Below, piece by piece: positions 11,467 through 20,413 of a stretch of DNA of 64,000 nucleotides. The DNA lies in assembly GCA_040905425.1 (NCBI GenBank), contig JBBDRO010000050.1:68003-132002 (forward strand), in the 5' to 3' direction. The notes beneath the pieces are model-generated. The model ran no database searches. It was not told the DNA's origin and saw nothing but the letters and a program-made list of their open reading frames with translations. The position numbers were made by a program, and so were the translations under genes. How positions within the stretch are numbered: position 1 is the first letter of the stretch; the number at the start of each line of letters is the position of its first letter. Source of the stretch: Gemmatimonadota bacterium. GTDB taxonomy: Bacteria; Gemmatimonadota; Gemmatimonadetes; Longimicrobiales; RSA9.

Positions 11467-14054
11467 ACCGCTACGTCTGCGTGCACGGGCATTTCTACCA
11501 GCCCCCGCGCGAGAACCCCTGGCTGGAAGAGATCGAGCGCCAGGACTCCGCCCGCCCGTTCCACGACTGGAACGAGCGCATCACCGCCGAGTGTTACGGC
11601 CCCAACGGGGAGGCCCGCATCCTGGATCCGCGCGGGCGCATCACCGGCATCGTGAACAACTACGCGGACATCTCCTTCAACTTCGGTCCCACCCTGCTCA
11701 AGTGGCTGGCCGATCACGCGCCCGACACCTACGACGCCATCCTGGCGGCCGACCGGCTGAGCATGGAGCGCTTCGACGGCCACGGCTCCGCCATGGCCCA
11801 GTCCCACGGGCACCTGATCCTGCCGCTCGCCAATGACGCCGACCGGCGCACGCAGGTGCACTGGGGCGTGCGGGACTTCCAGCACCGCTTCGGGCGCGCG
11901 CCGGAGGGCATGTGGTTGGCCGAGGCGGCGGCCGACACCCCGTCGCTCGAGGCGCTGGCGGCCGAGGGGATCCGCTTCACCGTCCTGGCGCCCAATCAGG
12001 CGGCGGCCGTCCGCCCGCTCGGACAGCGTGAGGGCGGCAGCGGCGGCAACGGCGGCAACGGTGGCAATGGTGGCAACGGCGGCAACGGCGGCAGCGATGG
12101 CAACGGTAATGGCAATGGCGGTGATGACGGTGCCGGCGCCAACGGTGGTGGCAGCGCCGCTGGAAATGGCGATCATCATGGTGGCGGCGGCGGGGACTGG
12201 CACGATGTCTCGGACGGTTCCGTGGATCCGCGCATGCCCTACCTCGTGCGCCTGCCCTCCGGGCGCGAGATCACGGTCTTCTTCTATGACGGACCCGCCT
12301 CCCGGGGCGTGGCCTTCGAGGGGCTGCTCACGGACGGCGCACGCTTCGCGCAGCGGCTCACGGGCCTGCTCCAGGATCGCCGGGACGGACCGCAGCTGGC
12401 CCACATCGCCACGGACGGTGAGAGCTACGGCCACCATCACCGGTATGGCGAGATGGCGCTGGCCTTCGCGCTCCAGCACATCCGTGACGGAGGCAAGGCC
12501 GAACTCATCAACTACGCCTCCTACCTGGCCAAGCACCCGCCCACCCACGAAGCACGCATCGTGGAGGCCTCCTCGTGGAGCTGTGCCCACGGCGTGGAGC
12601 GGTGGCGGAGCGACTGCGGCTGCCGCACCGGCGGGGAGGAAGGCTGGCACCAGCGCTGGCGCGCGCCGCTGCGGGAGGCGCTCGACTGGCTGCGGGACAC
12701 CCTGGCCCCCGCCTACGAGGAGGCGGCCCGCCCGCTGCTCGGCGATCCCTGGGCCGCGCGTGACGACTACGTGGGCGTGATCCAGGACCGCTCGCCCACC
12801 AACGTGAGCGCCTTCCTGGAGCGCCACGCCGGGCGGGACCTGCAGGGGGATGACCGCGTGGCGGCGCTGCAACTCCTGGAACTGCAGCGCCATGCCATGC
12901 TCATGTACACCAGCTGCGGCTGGTTCTTCAACGAACTCTCGGGCATCGAGACCGTCCAGGTGCTGCACTACGCCGGCCGCGCCGTGCAGCTGGCCGAGCT
13001 CCGCCTGGGCCTGGACGTGGAGGACGGGTTCGTGGAGCGCCTGGCCGCCGCGGAGAGCAACCTGCCGCAGCTGGAGAACGGCGCCCGCATCTGGCAGACC
13101 ATGGTGCGGCCGGCGCGGGTGGACCTGCCCCGGGTGGCGGCGCACTACGCGGTCAGTTCGCTCTTCGATCCGGAAGGCGACCACGCCCGCGTCTACTGCT
13201 ATGACGTGGACGTGGAGCAGGCCGATCGTCGGGCCAGCGGTGACGCCGCGCTCTTCGCCGGCCGGGTACAGATCACCTCCGCCATCACGGGGGCCAATGC
13301 GCCGGTCACCTTCGCCGTGCTGCACATGGGCGGCCCCAACGTCAACGGTGGCACGCGCGCCTCGATCGACTCCGGCCGCTTCGACCAGCTCCGGGAGGGC
13401 CTGGTGCAGCCGTTCAAGGACGGCGACTTCGCGGCCGTGGTGCAGCGCCTGGCGCTCGAGTTCCCGGACTACACCTTCTCACTGCGCTCACTCTTCGCCG
13501 ATCGGCAGCGGGAGATCCTGTACCGCATCCTGCGCCCGGCGGTGCAGGAGGCCGGGGACGGGCTGGCCCGCATCTACGGCGAGAACGCCAACCTGATGCG
13601 CTTCCTGGCCGCCCACGACCAGCCGCTGCCGGGCGCGTTCCGACTGGCGGCGGAGTACGCGCTGAACAGCCAGCTGCGCGCCGCGCTGGACGCACAGCGG
13701 GTGGATGCGGAGCGGGTGCGCCGGCTGCTGGTCGAGGCCGAGGAGGCGCATGTGGAGTTGGACACCAGCGCGCTGGGGTGGGCGCTCGGCCAGGCGCTCC
13801 GCCGCCAGGCGCTCCGCCTGCGCGAGGACCCCGATGACCTGGGCGCCCTGGAGGAGCTGGCCGCCACCACGACGCTATTGCAGCACCCCGCCATGGCACC
13901 TGCCCTGGGGCCGGCGCAGAACCTCACCTTCTCACTCCTGAGGGACGCGTGGCCGGCGCAGGCCGTCTGCGCGGAGGAGGGGGACGAGATGGCCGCTCGG
14001 TGGGTGGAGCTGTTCCGCGCCACGGGCGAGCGCCTGCACATCGCGGTGGAGTGA
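11463..14054 (+). CDS. GH57-family glycoside hydrolase with a long C-terminal (DUF3536-like) region
   Basis: ATGA overlap with the treZ stop. The N-terminus YVCVHGHFYQPPRENPWLEEIE and HGHLILPLAN are GH57 hallmarks. The protein is 863 aa and carries a roughly 55-aa G/N-rich insertion (12028-12200). Confidence 0.8.
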   Translation: MNRYVCVHGHFYQPPRENPWLEEIERQDSARPFHDWNERITAECYGPNGEARILDPRGRITGIVNNYADISFNFGPTLLKWLADHAPDTYDAILAADRLSMERFDGHGSAMAQSHGHLILPLANDADRRTQVHWGVRDFQHRFGRAPEGMWLAEAAADTPSLEALAAEGIRFTVLAPNQAAAVRPLGQREGGSGGNGGNGGNGGNGGNGGSDGNGNGNGGDDGAGANGGGSAAGNGDHHGGGGGDWHDVSDGSVDPRMPYLVRLPSGREITVFFYDGPASRGVAFEGLLTDGARFAQRLTGLLQDRRDGPQLAHIATDGESYGHHHRYGEMALAFALQHIRDGGKAELINYASYLAKHPPTHEARIVEASSWSCAHGVERWRSDCGCRTGGEEGWHQRWRAPLREALDWLRDTLAPAYEEAARPLLGDPWAARDDYVGVIQDRSPTNVSAFLERHAGRDLQGDDRVAALQLLELQRHAMLMYTSCGWFFNELSGIETVQVLHYAGRAVQLAELRLGLDVEDGFVERLAAAESNLPQLENGARIWQTMVRPARVDLPRVAAHYAVSSLFDPEGDHARVYCYDVDVEQADRRASGDAALFAGRVQITSAITGANAPVTFAVLHMGGPNVNGGTRASIDSGRFDQLREGLVQPFKDGDFAAVVQRLALEFPDYTFSLRSLFADRQREILYRILRPAVQEAGDGLARIYGENANLMRFLAAHDQPLPGAFRLAAEYALNSQLRAALDAQRVDAERVRRLLVEAEEAHVELDTSALGWALGQALRRQALRLREDPDDLGALEELAATTTLLQHPAMAPALGPAQNLTFSLLRDAWPAQAVCAEEGDEMAARWVELFRATGERLHIAVE
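12042..12095 (+). repeat. six tandem 9-bp units (GGYGGCARY) inside the GH57 gene
   Basis: GGCGGCAAC GGCGGCAAC GGTGGCAAT GGTGGCAAC GGCGGCAAC GGCGGCAGC, read directly. It encodes (GGN)5-GGS. Confidence 0.9.
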
Positions 14055-16867
14055 CCCGGCAGGCGGCCACCTACCGCCTCCAGCTCGAGCCGGGCTTCGA
14101 CCTCCACGAGGCGCGCCGCCTCGTACCGTACCTGGCGCGGCTGGGCATCACGCACGTTTATCTCTCCCCCGTGCTGGAAGCGCGCGCCGGGAGCACCCAC
14201 GGCTACGATGTGACGGATCCGGGTCGCGTGCGGGCGGAGCTGGGCGGCATGGCGGCGTTCGTGGCGCTGGCGGACACCGCCGCCGAGCACGGCCTGACCC
14301 TGCTCCTGGACATCGTACCCAATCACATGGCCGCCTCCGAGGAGAACCCCGCCTGGCGGGACGTGCTCCGCCTCGGCGCCGCCTCACCCTACGCGCGCTG
14401 GTTCGACCTGAGCTGGCATACCGGCCCGGAGCCCTTTCCCATCCCCCTCCCCGTGCTGGGCGCGCCGCTGGAGGACGTCCTGGCCGCCGGCGAGCTGGCG
14501 CTGGCGGCGGAGGACGGCAGTGTGGTCGTGACCTACTTCGACCGGCGCTTCCCCTGCTCCCCGGAGGGCTGTGCGTTCCTGGCGCGGACCACCGGGATGC
14601 ATACGGGTGCGCCGGGCAACATCGCGGCTGATGCGGAGACCACCGTCATGGCGAGTGCCCCCACCACAGCCGACGCCGCCAGCGCCGCGGACCCGGCCAG
14701 CATGGCGCGCGCCCCAGCCCCAGCCGAAACCGCCAGCGCACCGGATCCCGCTGCCGCGGCGGAGCTGGTTGCGAGATTCGACGCGCTCGCGGACACGGAG
14801 CGCACGCACGTGCTCCGGGAGCTCCTGGACCTGCAGCACTACGCCATCCGCTTCTGGCGATCCTGCGCCGGCGTGGTGGGCTACCGCCGCTTCTTCGACA
14901 TCGACGATCTGGTGAGCGTTCGCGTGGAGGACCCGGGGGTCTTCGACGCGGTACACGCCGGGCTGGACCGTTGCCTGGCCCACCCGGCGGTGGCCGGCGT
15001 GCGCGTGGACCACGTGGACGGCCTGCTCGATCCCGTGGGCTACCTGCGGCGCCTGCGGGCCCTGCTGGACCGACGCCGGCCGGACGCGTGGCTGCTGGTG
15101 GAGAAGATCCTGGCGCCCGACGAAGCGCTCCCCGCGGACTGGCCCGTGGACGGCACCACCGGCTACGAATTCCTCGTGACGCTGAACGGCCTGCTCGTGC
15201 CGGAGGCGGGCGGACGTTCCCTGCAGGCGCTGCATGGCCGGCTCACCGGCATGCGCGTGGAGCCCACCGACATGGCCCTGGCACGCAAACGCCAGGTGCT
15301 CGAGCGCATCTTCAGCGGTGAGCTGGATCTCCTGGCCAGGGAACTCACCGCCCTGCGGGAGGGCGTGCCCGTGCCCGCCGCCGACCCCGCGCTGCGCGCC
15401 GCGCTGGCGGAGACCAGCGTGCGCATGGAGGTCTATCGTACGTACGTCCGCGGCCCCGGGCCGAGCCCAACGGACCGCCGGCGCATCGAGGCCGCGCTCG
15501 CCGCGGCGGAGCAGGCCCTGGCCGGGCAGAGCGCCGCCGGGACACTGCCCTTCCTGCGCGCCGTGCTCCTGCTCGACGCCGAGGTGCTGGACAGAAGGCT
15601 GCGCCCCGCCCTGGCTTTCGTGCAGCGCTGGCAGCAACTCACCGGCCCACTCATGGCCAAGGGCTACGAAGACACGGCGCTCTACCGCTACAGCGCCCTG
15701 GCCGCCGGCAGCGACGTGGGCGCCGAGCTGGACCGCCCTTGGACCCCCGCGGCGGAGGTGCACGCGTTCCTGGCGGGGCGCGCCGCGGCGCCGCGCACGC
15801 TGAACACCACCTCCACCCACGACACCAAGCGGAGCGAGGACGTGCGGGCGCGCCTGGACGTACTGGCGGAGCTGGCGGACGACTGGGCGGCCGCGGTCGG
15901 GGGGTGGACACGCGCCATCGAGGGATGGAACGCACCCGTGCCCGGGTCGGAACCTACCGTCGCGGGGCGAACCACCGCCGTGCGGGGGTCGCGGCCCGGG
16001 GTCGAGCGGAGCGCCCCGGCGCCCGCGCTGGATGACACCGTCTATCTCCTCCTGCAGATCATCGTGGGCACCTGGCCGCTGCACGGGCGCGTGGAGGAGA
16101 CGTGGCTCGACCGGCTGCGCGCCTACGCCGTCAAGGCGGCGCGGGAGGCCAAGGCGCGCACCAGCTGGCGGGATCCCGACCCACAGTATGAGGAAGCGCT
16201 CCAGACCATGCTGACGCGCCTGCTCACGCATCCGGACCACGCTGACTTCCGCCGGCAGGCCGGCGCCCTGGCGGACCGCACGGCGGCGCCCGGCGTACTC
16301 GGCTCGCTGGCGCAGCTGCTGATCAAGACCACCGCGCCGGGCACGCCCGACCTCTACCGCGGCAGCGAACTGTGGCGCTACGACCTGGTGGACCCCGACA
16401 ATCGCCGCCCGGTGGACTTCGAGGCACGCGCGCGGCTGCTGGCAGAGCTGGAGCCTCTGGTGCAGGCGCCGCGCCCCGCGGGGGTGGCCGCCCTGGTGCG
16501 CGACTGGCGGAGCGGCGCACTCAAGCTGTACGTCACGCGCGCGGCGCTGGCGTGCCGCGCGCGGCACGCCGCCTATGCGGGCGGGGGCTACACACCCCTG
16601 GAGGCCGTCGGCCCGGCGGGCGAACACCTGTTCGCCTTCCAGCGGGGGAGCGCCGACGGGCCCGTGACGGTGGCCCCGCGGCTGATGGCGTTCGCGGTGG
16701 AAATGGAGCCGGCGGTGCCGGCCGGAGTATGGGAGGGGACGTCGCTTGAAACAGAGGGCGTATGGCGCAACGCGCTCACCGGGGAGGAGACCCGTAGCCG
16801 CAGCGGCCGGCTGCCGCTCGCACCGCTCCTGGCCACCCTGCCGCTGGCGCTCCTGGAGCCAGTCTAG
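14051..16867 (+). CDS. treY: malto-oligosyltrehalose synthase (TreY)
   Basis: In-frame GTG at 14051 of ORF 13949..16867, with a GTGA overlap with the GH57 stop. Motifs: ATYRLQLEPGFDLHEARRLVPYLARLGITHVYLSPVLEARAGSTHGYDV, LLLDIVPNHMA, GVRVDHVDGLLDP, TSTHDTKRSEDVRAR. Confidence 0.88.
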   Translation: MTRQAATYRLQLEPGFDLHEARRLVPYLARLGITHVYLSPVLEARAGSTHGYDVTDPGRVRAELGGMAAFVALADTAAEHGLTLLLDIVPNHMAASEENPAWRDVLRLGAASPYARWFDLSWHTGPEPFPIPLPVLGAPLEDVLAAGELALAAEDGSVVVTYFDRRFPCSPEGCAFLARTTGMHTGAPGNIAADAETTVMASAPTTADAASAADPASMARAPAPAETASAPDPAAAAELVARFDALADTERTHVLRELLDLQHYAIRFWRSCAGVVGYRRFFDIDDLVSVRVEDPGVFDAVHAGLDRCLAHPAVAGVRVDHVDGLLDPVGYLRRLRALLDRRRPDAWLLVEKILAPDEALPADWPVDGTTGYEFLVTLNGLLVPEAGGRSLQALHGRLTGMRVEPTDMALARKRQVLERIFSGELDLLARELTALREGVPVPAADPALRAALAETSVRMEVYRTYVRGPGPSPTDRRRIEAALAAAEQALAGQSAAGTLPFLRAVLLLDAEVLDRRLRPALAFVQRWQQLTGPLMAKGYEDTALYRYSALAAGSDVGAELDRPWTPAAEVHAFLAGRAAAPRTLNTTSTHDTKRSEDVRARLDVLAELADDWAAAVGGWTRAIEGWNAPVPGSEPTVAGRTTAVRGSRPGVERSAPAPALDDTVYLLLQIIVGTWPLHGRVEETWLDRLRAYAVKAAREAKARTSWRDPDPQYEEALQTMLTRLLTHPDHADFRRQAGALADRTAAPGVLGSLAQLLIKTTAPGTPDLYRGSELWRYDLVDPDNRRPVDFEARARLLAELEPLVQAPRPAGVAALVRDWRSGALKLYVTRAALACRARHAAYAGGGYTPLEAVGPAGEHLFAFQRGSADGPVTVAPRLMAFAVEMEPAVPAGVWEGTSLETEGVWRNALTGEETRSRSGRLPLAPLLATLPLALLEPV

Positions 16868-17598
16868 ACGGCCGTGCCGCCGTGAATGGCCACGATGCCC
16901 CCCGTACGCGTCTCCCACGTCACGCCGCCGAAGCCGGCCGCCTCCAGGCGCGTCGCGAGCTCCCGCGGCTCGGGGAAGTCCAGCACGGACGCCGGCAGGT
17001 AGTCGTAGGCGGATCCATGCCGCGAGACCAGGCGGCCCACCAGCGGCAGAACGCGGCGGAAATAGGCCAGGTAGAGGGCGCGGAAGGGCTGCCAGCCCGG
17101 TGTGGTGAACTCCAGGATGACCAGGCGGCCGCCCGGCTTGAGTACGCGCCGCAGCTCGCGGAGCCCCGCGTCCAGGTCGGCCAGGTTGCGGACCCCGAAC
17201 CCCACCGTGGCGCCATGGAAGGCGGCGTCCGGCAGGGGCAGGCGGAGCGCATCCCCGCACACGGGCGCGAGCGCCACGCCGCGTACCTTGTCCAGCCCGC
17301 CGCGCAGCATCGGCAGACTGAAATCACACCCCACGACCAGGCCGGAGAAGGCCGCCCTGCCCGCCAGCTCCCGGGCCAGGTCCAGGGTGCCCGCGCAGGC
17401 GTCCAGGTAGCGGCCGTCGGCGGGCGCGTGGGCCAGCAGCAGATCCACCGCGCGGCGCCGCCAGCGGCGGTCACGGTTCAGGCTGAGGAGATGGTTCAGC
17501 AGATCGTAGCGCGGCGCAATGGCGCCGAACATGGCGCGCACGGCGGCGGCCTTCTCCTCCCGCGGAGGCAGCACGGAGCGCCCCGGTGATTCCTGCAT
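16864..17598 (-). CDS. ubiE: demethylmenaquinone / ubiquinone C-methyltransferase (UbiE/MenG family)
   Basis: Motifs: FGAIAPRYDLLNHLLSLNRDRRWRR, the SAM-binding YLDACAGTLDL, and VLKPGGRLVILEF. The stop codon overlaps the treY stop on the opposite strand. Confidence 0.85.
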   Translation of the reverse strand: MQESPGRSVLPPREEKAAAVRAMFGAIAPRYDLLNHLLSLNRDRRWRRRAVDLLLAHAPADGRYLDACAGTLDLARELAGRAAFSGLVVGCDFSLPMLRGGLDKVRGVALAPVCGDALRLPLPDAAFHGATVGFGVRNLADLDAGLRELRRVLKPGGRLVILEFTTPGWQPFRALYLAYFRRVLPLVGRLVSRHGSAYDYLPASVLDFPEPRELATRLEAAGFGGVTWETRTGGIVAIHGGTAV

Positions 17599-17814
17599 GC
17601 ATGCCGTTTCCGCGCCGGGCGGCGGACCTTAGCTCCGCACGCCTCCGACGCTTAGATTTGCTGAATCCTGGCGCCCCGATGAGGAACGGCCGGGATGATA
17701 CCCTCAGCGGGCGGGCCGATCAAGCCGCCCGCGGTGAAACTCCGGGCCGCGCGTGCCGTAGAGCAACGCGGATGCATCCTGGGCCGCGCGGCGGCCCGCC
17801 CCGGCAGGAGAGCG

Positions 17815-18405
17815 TTGGATTACTCCCAGTTGACCGACCAGGAGGTGGTCGCCCACGCCCGTGAGGGTCGTGAGTCGGCGTACCGCGAGCTCATCGGCCG
17901 CTACCAGCGGCCGGTGTTCTCGCTCATCTACCGGGTCGTGCGGGACCGGGAAAAGGCGGAGGACCTGGCGCAGGACACCTTCATCAAGGTGCTGAACGCC
18001 ATCGATCGCTACGACCCCACGCGAAAATTCAGTTCGTGGATCTTCAAGATTGCCCACAACACGGCGCTCGACCACGTGCGCAAGAAACAGCCGGTGACCC
18101 TCTCCATCGACGGCTCGCCCCACGCCCGCACGAGCGCGGAGGTGGAGGCGTCCAGGCTCACGCCCGAGTCCACCGACGAGACGCCGGAGGAGTACACCGC
18201 GAGCCGCGAACTGGGCAGCGAGATCGAGGCCGCCATCGGCACGCTCCGGCCCGAGTATCGCGCGGCCATCACACTCTGCCATGTGGAGGGCCGGCCGTAT
18301 GAAGAGATCGCCGAGATCATGGACGTACCGCTGGGCACGGTGAAGACCTTCATCCACCGTGGACGCAACGAGTTGAAGAAGAAACTGGCGCATCTGCGCA
18401 TCTGA
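17815..18405 (+). CDS. ECF-type RNA polymerase sigma factor
   Basis: Sigma-70 region 2 (YRELIGRYQRPVFSLIYRVVRDREKAEDLAQDTFIKV, FSSWIFKIAHNTALDHVRK) and region 4 (YRAAITLCHVEGRPYEEIAEIMDVPLGTVKTFIHRGRNELKK). I prefer the TTG at 17815, with AGGAGAG 4 nt upstream. The alternative ATG at 17695 adds 40 Arg/Ala-rich residues. Confidence 0.8.
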   Translation: MDYSQLTDQEVVAHAREGRESAYRELIGRYQRPVFSLIYRVVRDREKAEDLAQDTFIKVLNAIDRYDPTRKFSSWIFKIAHNTALDHVRKKQPVTLSIDGSPHARTSAEVEASRLTPESTDETPEEYTASRELGSEIEAAIGTLRPEYRAAITLCHVEGRPYEEIAEIMDVPLGTVKTFIHRGRNELKKKLAHLRI

Positions 18406-18474
18406 AACCCGGAAGGGGCCGGAGCCGTATGGTGATCCGAAGCCCCGCACCGGGCCGCAACGAACGAGGAGAGC

Positions 18475-19110
18475 ATGCACCATCCGACGGACGACAGGTT
18501 CGAAGCCTACGTCGAAGGACGACTCGAGGACGCCGATCGGGCGAGCCTCGAGTCGCACGTGGTGGCGTGTAGCCGGTGCCAGGGCCAGCTGGAGGAATGG
18601 CGGGCCCTCTTCACCGCGCTGCGAACGCTGCCGCGGCTGGCCCCCTCGGCCGACTTCGGCAACGCGGTCATGGCCCGGGTGCGGATTGCCCGACCCTGGC
18701 ACGCCGCCGCGCTCGGCCGCCTGCAGCGCTGGGTACCGGACAGCACGCGGGGCTGGGCCGCCGCGGTGGCGCTACTGGCGCTGCCCGTGGTGCTCGGGAG
18801 CGGCGTGATGGCCTGGCTCCTGTCCAGGTCCTACGTCACCGCCAGCGGCCTCTGGGTCTTTGCCGAGGATGTTTTTGCCACCGGCGCCAACCGGCTGGCC
18901 AGCCAGACCTCCAGCGCCGTGCTGCAGAGCTCGCTCGTCACCCGGCTGCTGGCCACCGCGGAAGGCTTCTACGCCAACGCGGGGGTACAGGGCATCGGGC
19001 TCGTGGCAACCGTGGCGCTACTGTCCACGACACTCTCCATATGGGTGCTGTACCGGAACCTCTACCGGACCCCCCAACGGGAAACGAATCATGCTTCGTA
19101 CTGCTTCTAG
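18475..19110 (+). CDS. zinc-finger (zf-HC2) anti-sigma factor, membrane-anchored
   Basis: It lies directly downstream of the ECF sigma gene. It has the H-x3-C-x2-C motif (SHVVACSRCQ), later hydrophobic segments, and a GAGGAGAG Shine-Dalgarno before the ATG. Confidence 0.75.
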   Translation: MHHPTDDRFEAYVEGRLEDADRASLESHVVACSRCQGQLEEWRALFTALRTLPRLAPSADFGNAVMARVRIARPWHAAALGRLQRWVPDSTRGWAAAVALLALPVVLGSGVMAWLLSRSYVTASGLWVFAEDVFATGANRLASQTSSAVLQSSLVTRLLATAEGFYANAGVQGIGLVATVALLSTTLSIWVLYRNLYRTPQRETNHASYCF

Positions 19111-20413
19111 AACGGTGGGCGCCCTCGCGGCGGCCGCTTTCGGCGCCACGCTCCTGTGGGCGGGCCCGGCGCTGGCCGCCCAAGGAGCCGGAGCGGACCA
19201 GTCCGCGGTTGACGCCCAGTCCGGTGCCGACCAGACCGCGGTAGACGCCCAGGCCGGTGCCGACCAGGCCGCCAGCGCCGACGCGCCGGTGGACATCCGC
19301 TCCAGTCAGATCGCGCTTTCCCGGGACGAGGCCAGGCTCCAGTTGGAGCTGGCGGGCGGGCAGGTATTTACGCTCGCCGTGCGTGAGGGACAGGCCTACC
19401 TGGACGGGACGTCGCTGGGCCGGGCCGCACGGAGTGGGGCGCTGGACCGGGCCTGGCGGGAGCTGCTCGAGCAGGCCATGGACACCCCCAACGCGGATCT
19501 GGCCGCGCTGCTCGAGGTGTGGGACGCGCCCTCCTCGGACGGTGTGGGCGACCGCCTGGACCGCGCCCTCGAGGCGGCGCTCCGGGGGCAGACGCCCGCG
19601 GCGGCGCTGGCCAACATCGCGGGGACGGCCGGCCTCGATCCGGCGGCCCAGGGTTCCGACAGCGTGGCGCGCCTGCTGGACCGGATCAACGAGCTGGAGT
19701 CGACGGTGGAGAAGCTGGAGGATCGTCGCGTCAGCGTGGAGGCGCGCGCAGCCAGCCGCGGTGGACGCAGCCGCGGCCCGTTCCACAACGTGGGCGAAGC
19801 CTTCGAGGGTATTATAGGGCTACTCGTCACCATGGCCATCGTCGTGGGCATCGGCTTCGCCACCATCTTCTTCGGTGGACGCAAGTACCTGGAGGGCGTG
19901 GCTGACACGGCGCGGCGCATGACCGTGCGCTCGCTGCTGGTGGGCATTGCCGGCTCCTTCCTGGTGCTGCCGGCCTTCTTCCTGGGCATCATTGCCCTGG
20001 TCATCTCCATCGTGGGCATCCCCGGGCTGCTGGTCTGGGTACCGGGCTTCCCGCTGGCCGTGGCCGTGGCCATCCTGCTGGGCTACCTGGGCGTGGCCCA
20101 CGCCGCGGGTGAGGCCATGGCGGAGTACCGCTTCCGCGGCAGCGAGTGGTTCCACCGGGCCAACTCCTACTACTTCCTGGTCTCCGGCGTGGGACTGCTC
20201 ATGTCCATGTTCTTCGCGGCCATGGTGGCGCACATGGCCGGCCGGTTGCTCAGCTTCATCTTTGGACTGCTCATGTTCTTCGGCTGCGCGCTCACCTGGG
20301 CCGCCCTGTCGGTGGGGCTGGGCGCGGTGCTCATCTCCCGCGGCGGGACGCGCCCCCTCGGCCGGGAGCCGGTGGCGGACGAGGGACTCTTCTCGGAGGA
20401 CGGCAATGTTTGA
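19091..20413 (+). CDS. membrane protein of unknown function (signal peptide, 11-aa tandem repeats, C-terminal multi-TM region)
   Basis: Internal ATG at 19091 of ORF 18860..20413, overlapping the anti-sigma gene end by 20 nt. It has an N-terminal signal peptide (AFGATLLWAGPALAAQ) and GADQxAVDAQx repeats. The C-terminal third is strongly hydrophobic (IIGLLVTMAIVVGIGFATIFFGG and others). Confidence 0.6.
   Translation: MLRTASRTVGALAAAAFGATLLWAGPALAAQGAGADQSAVDAQSGADQTAVDAQAGADQAASADAPVDIRSSQIALSRDEARLQLELAGGQVFTLAVREGQAYLDGTSLGRAARSGALDRAWRELLEQAMDTPNADLAALLEVWDAPSSDGVGDRLDRALEAALRGQTPAAALANIAGTAGLDPAAQGSDSVARLLDRINELESTVEKLEDRRVSVEARAASRGGRSRGPFHNVGEAFEGIIGLLVTMAIVVGIGFATIFFGGRKYLEGVADTARRMTVRSLLVGIAGSFLVLPAFFLGIIALVISIVGIPGLLVWVPGFPLAVAVAILLGYLGVAHAAGEAMAEYRFRGSEWFHRANSYYFLVSGVGLLMSMFFAAMVAHMAGRLLSFIFGLLMFFGCALTWAALSVGLGAVLISRGGTRPLGREPVADEGLFSEDGNV
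19190..19279 (+). repeat. about 2.7 imperfect tandem copies of a 33-bp unit within a coding region
   Basis: Units at 19190-19222 and 19223-19255, plus a partial copy at 19256-19279. They encode GADQSAVDAQS / GADQTAVDAQA / GADQAASA. Confidence 0.8.

Noticed and set aside
17683-17687. GGAAC as the -35 element of an autoregulated ECF promoter upstream of the sigma factor gene.
   Set aside because: No matching -10 element (CGTC/GTC-type) lies at 16-17 nt spacing. A single pentamer match is not sufficient.
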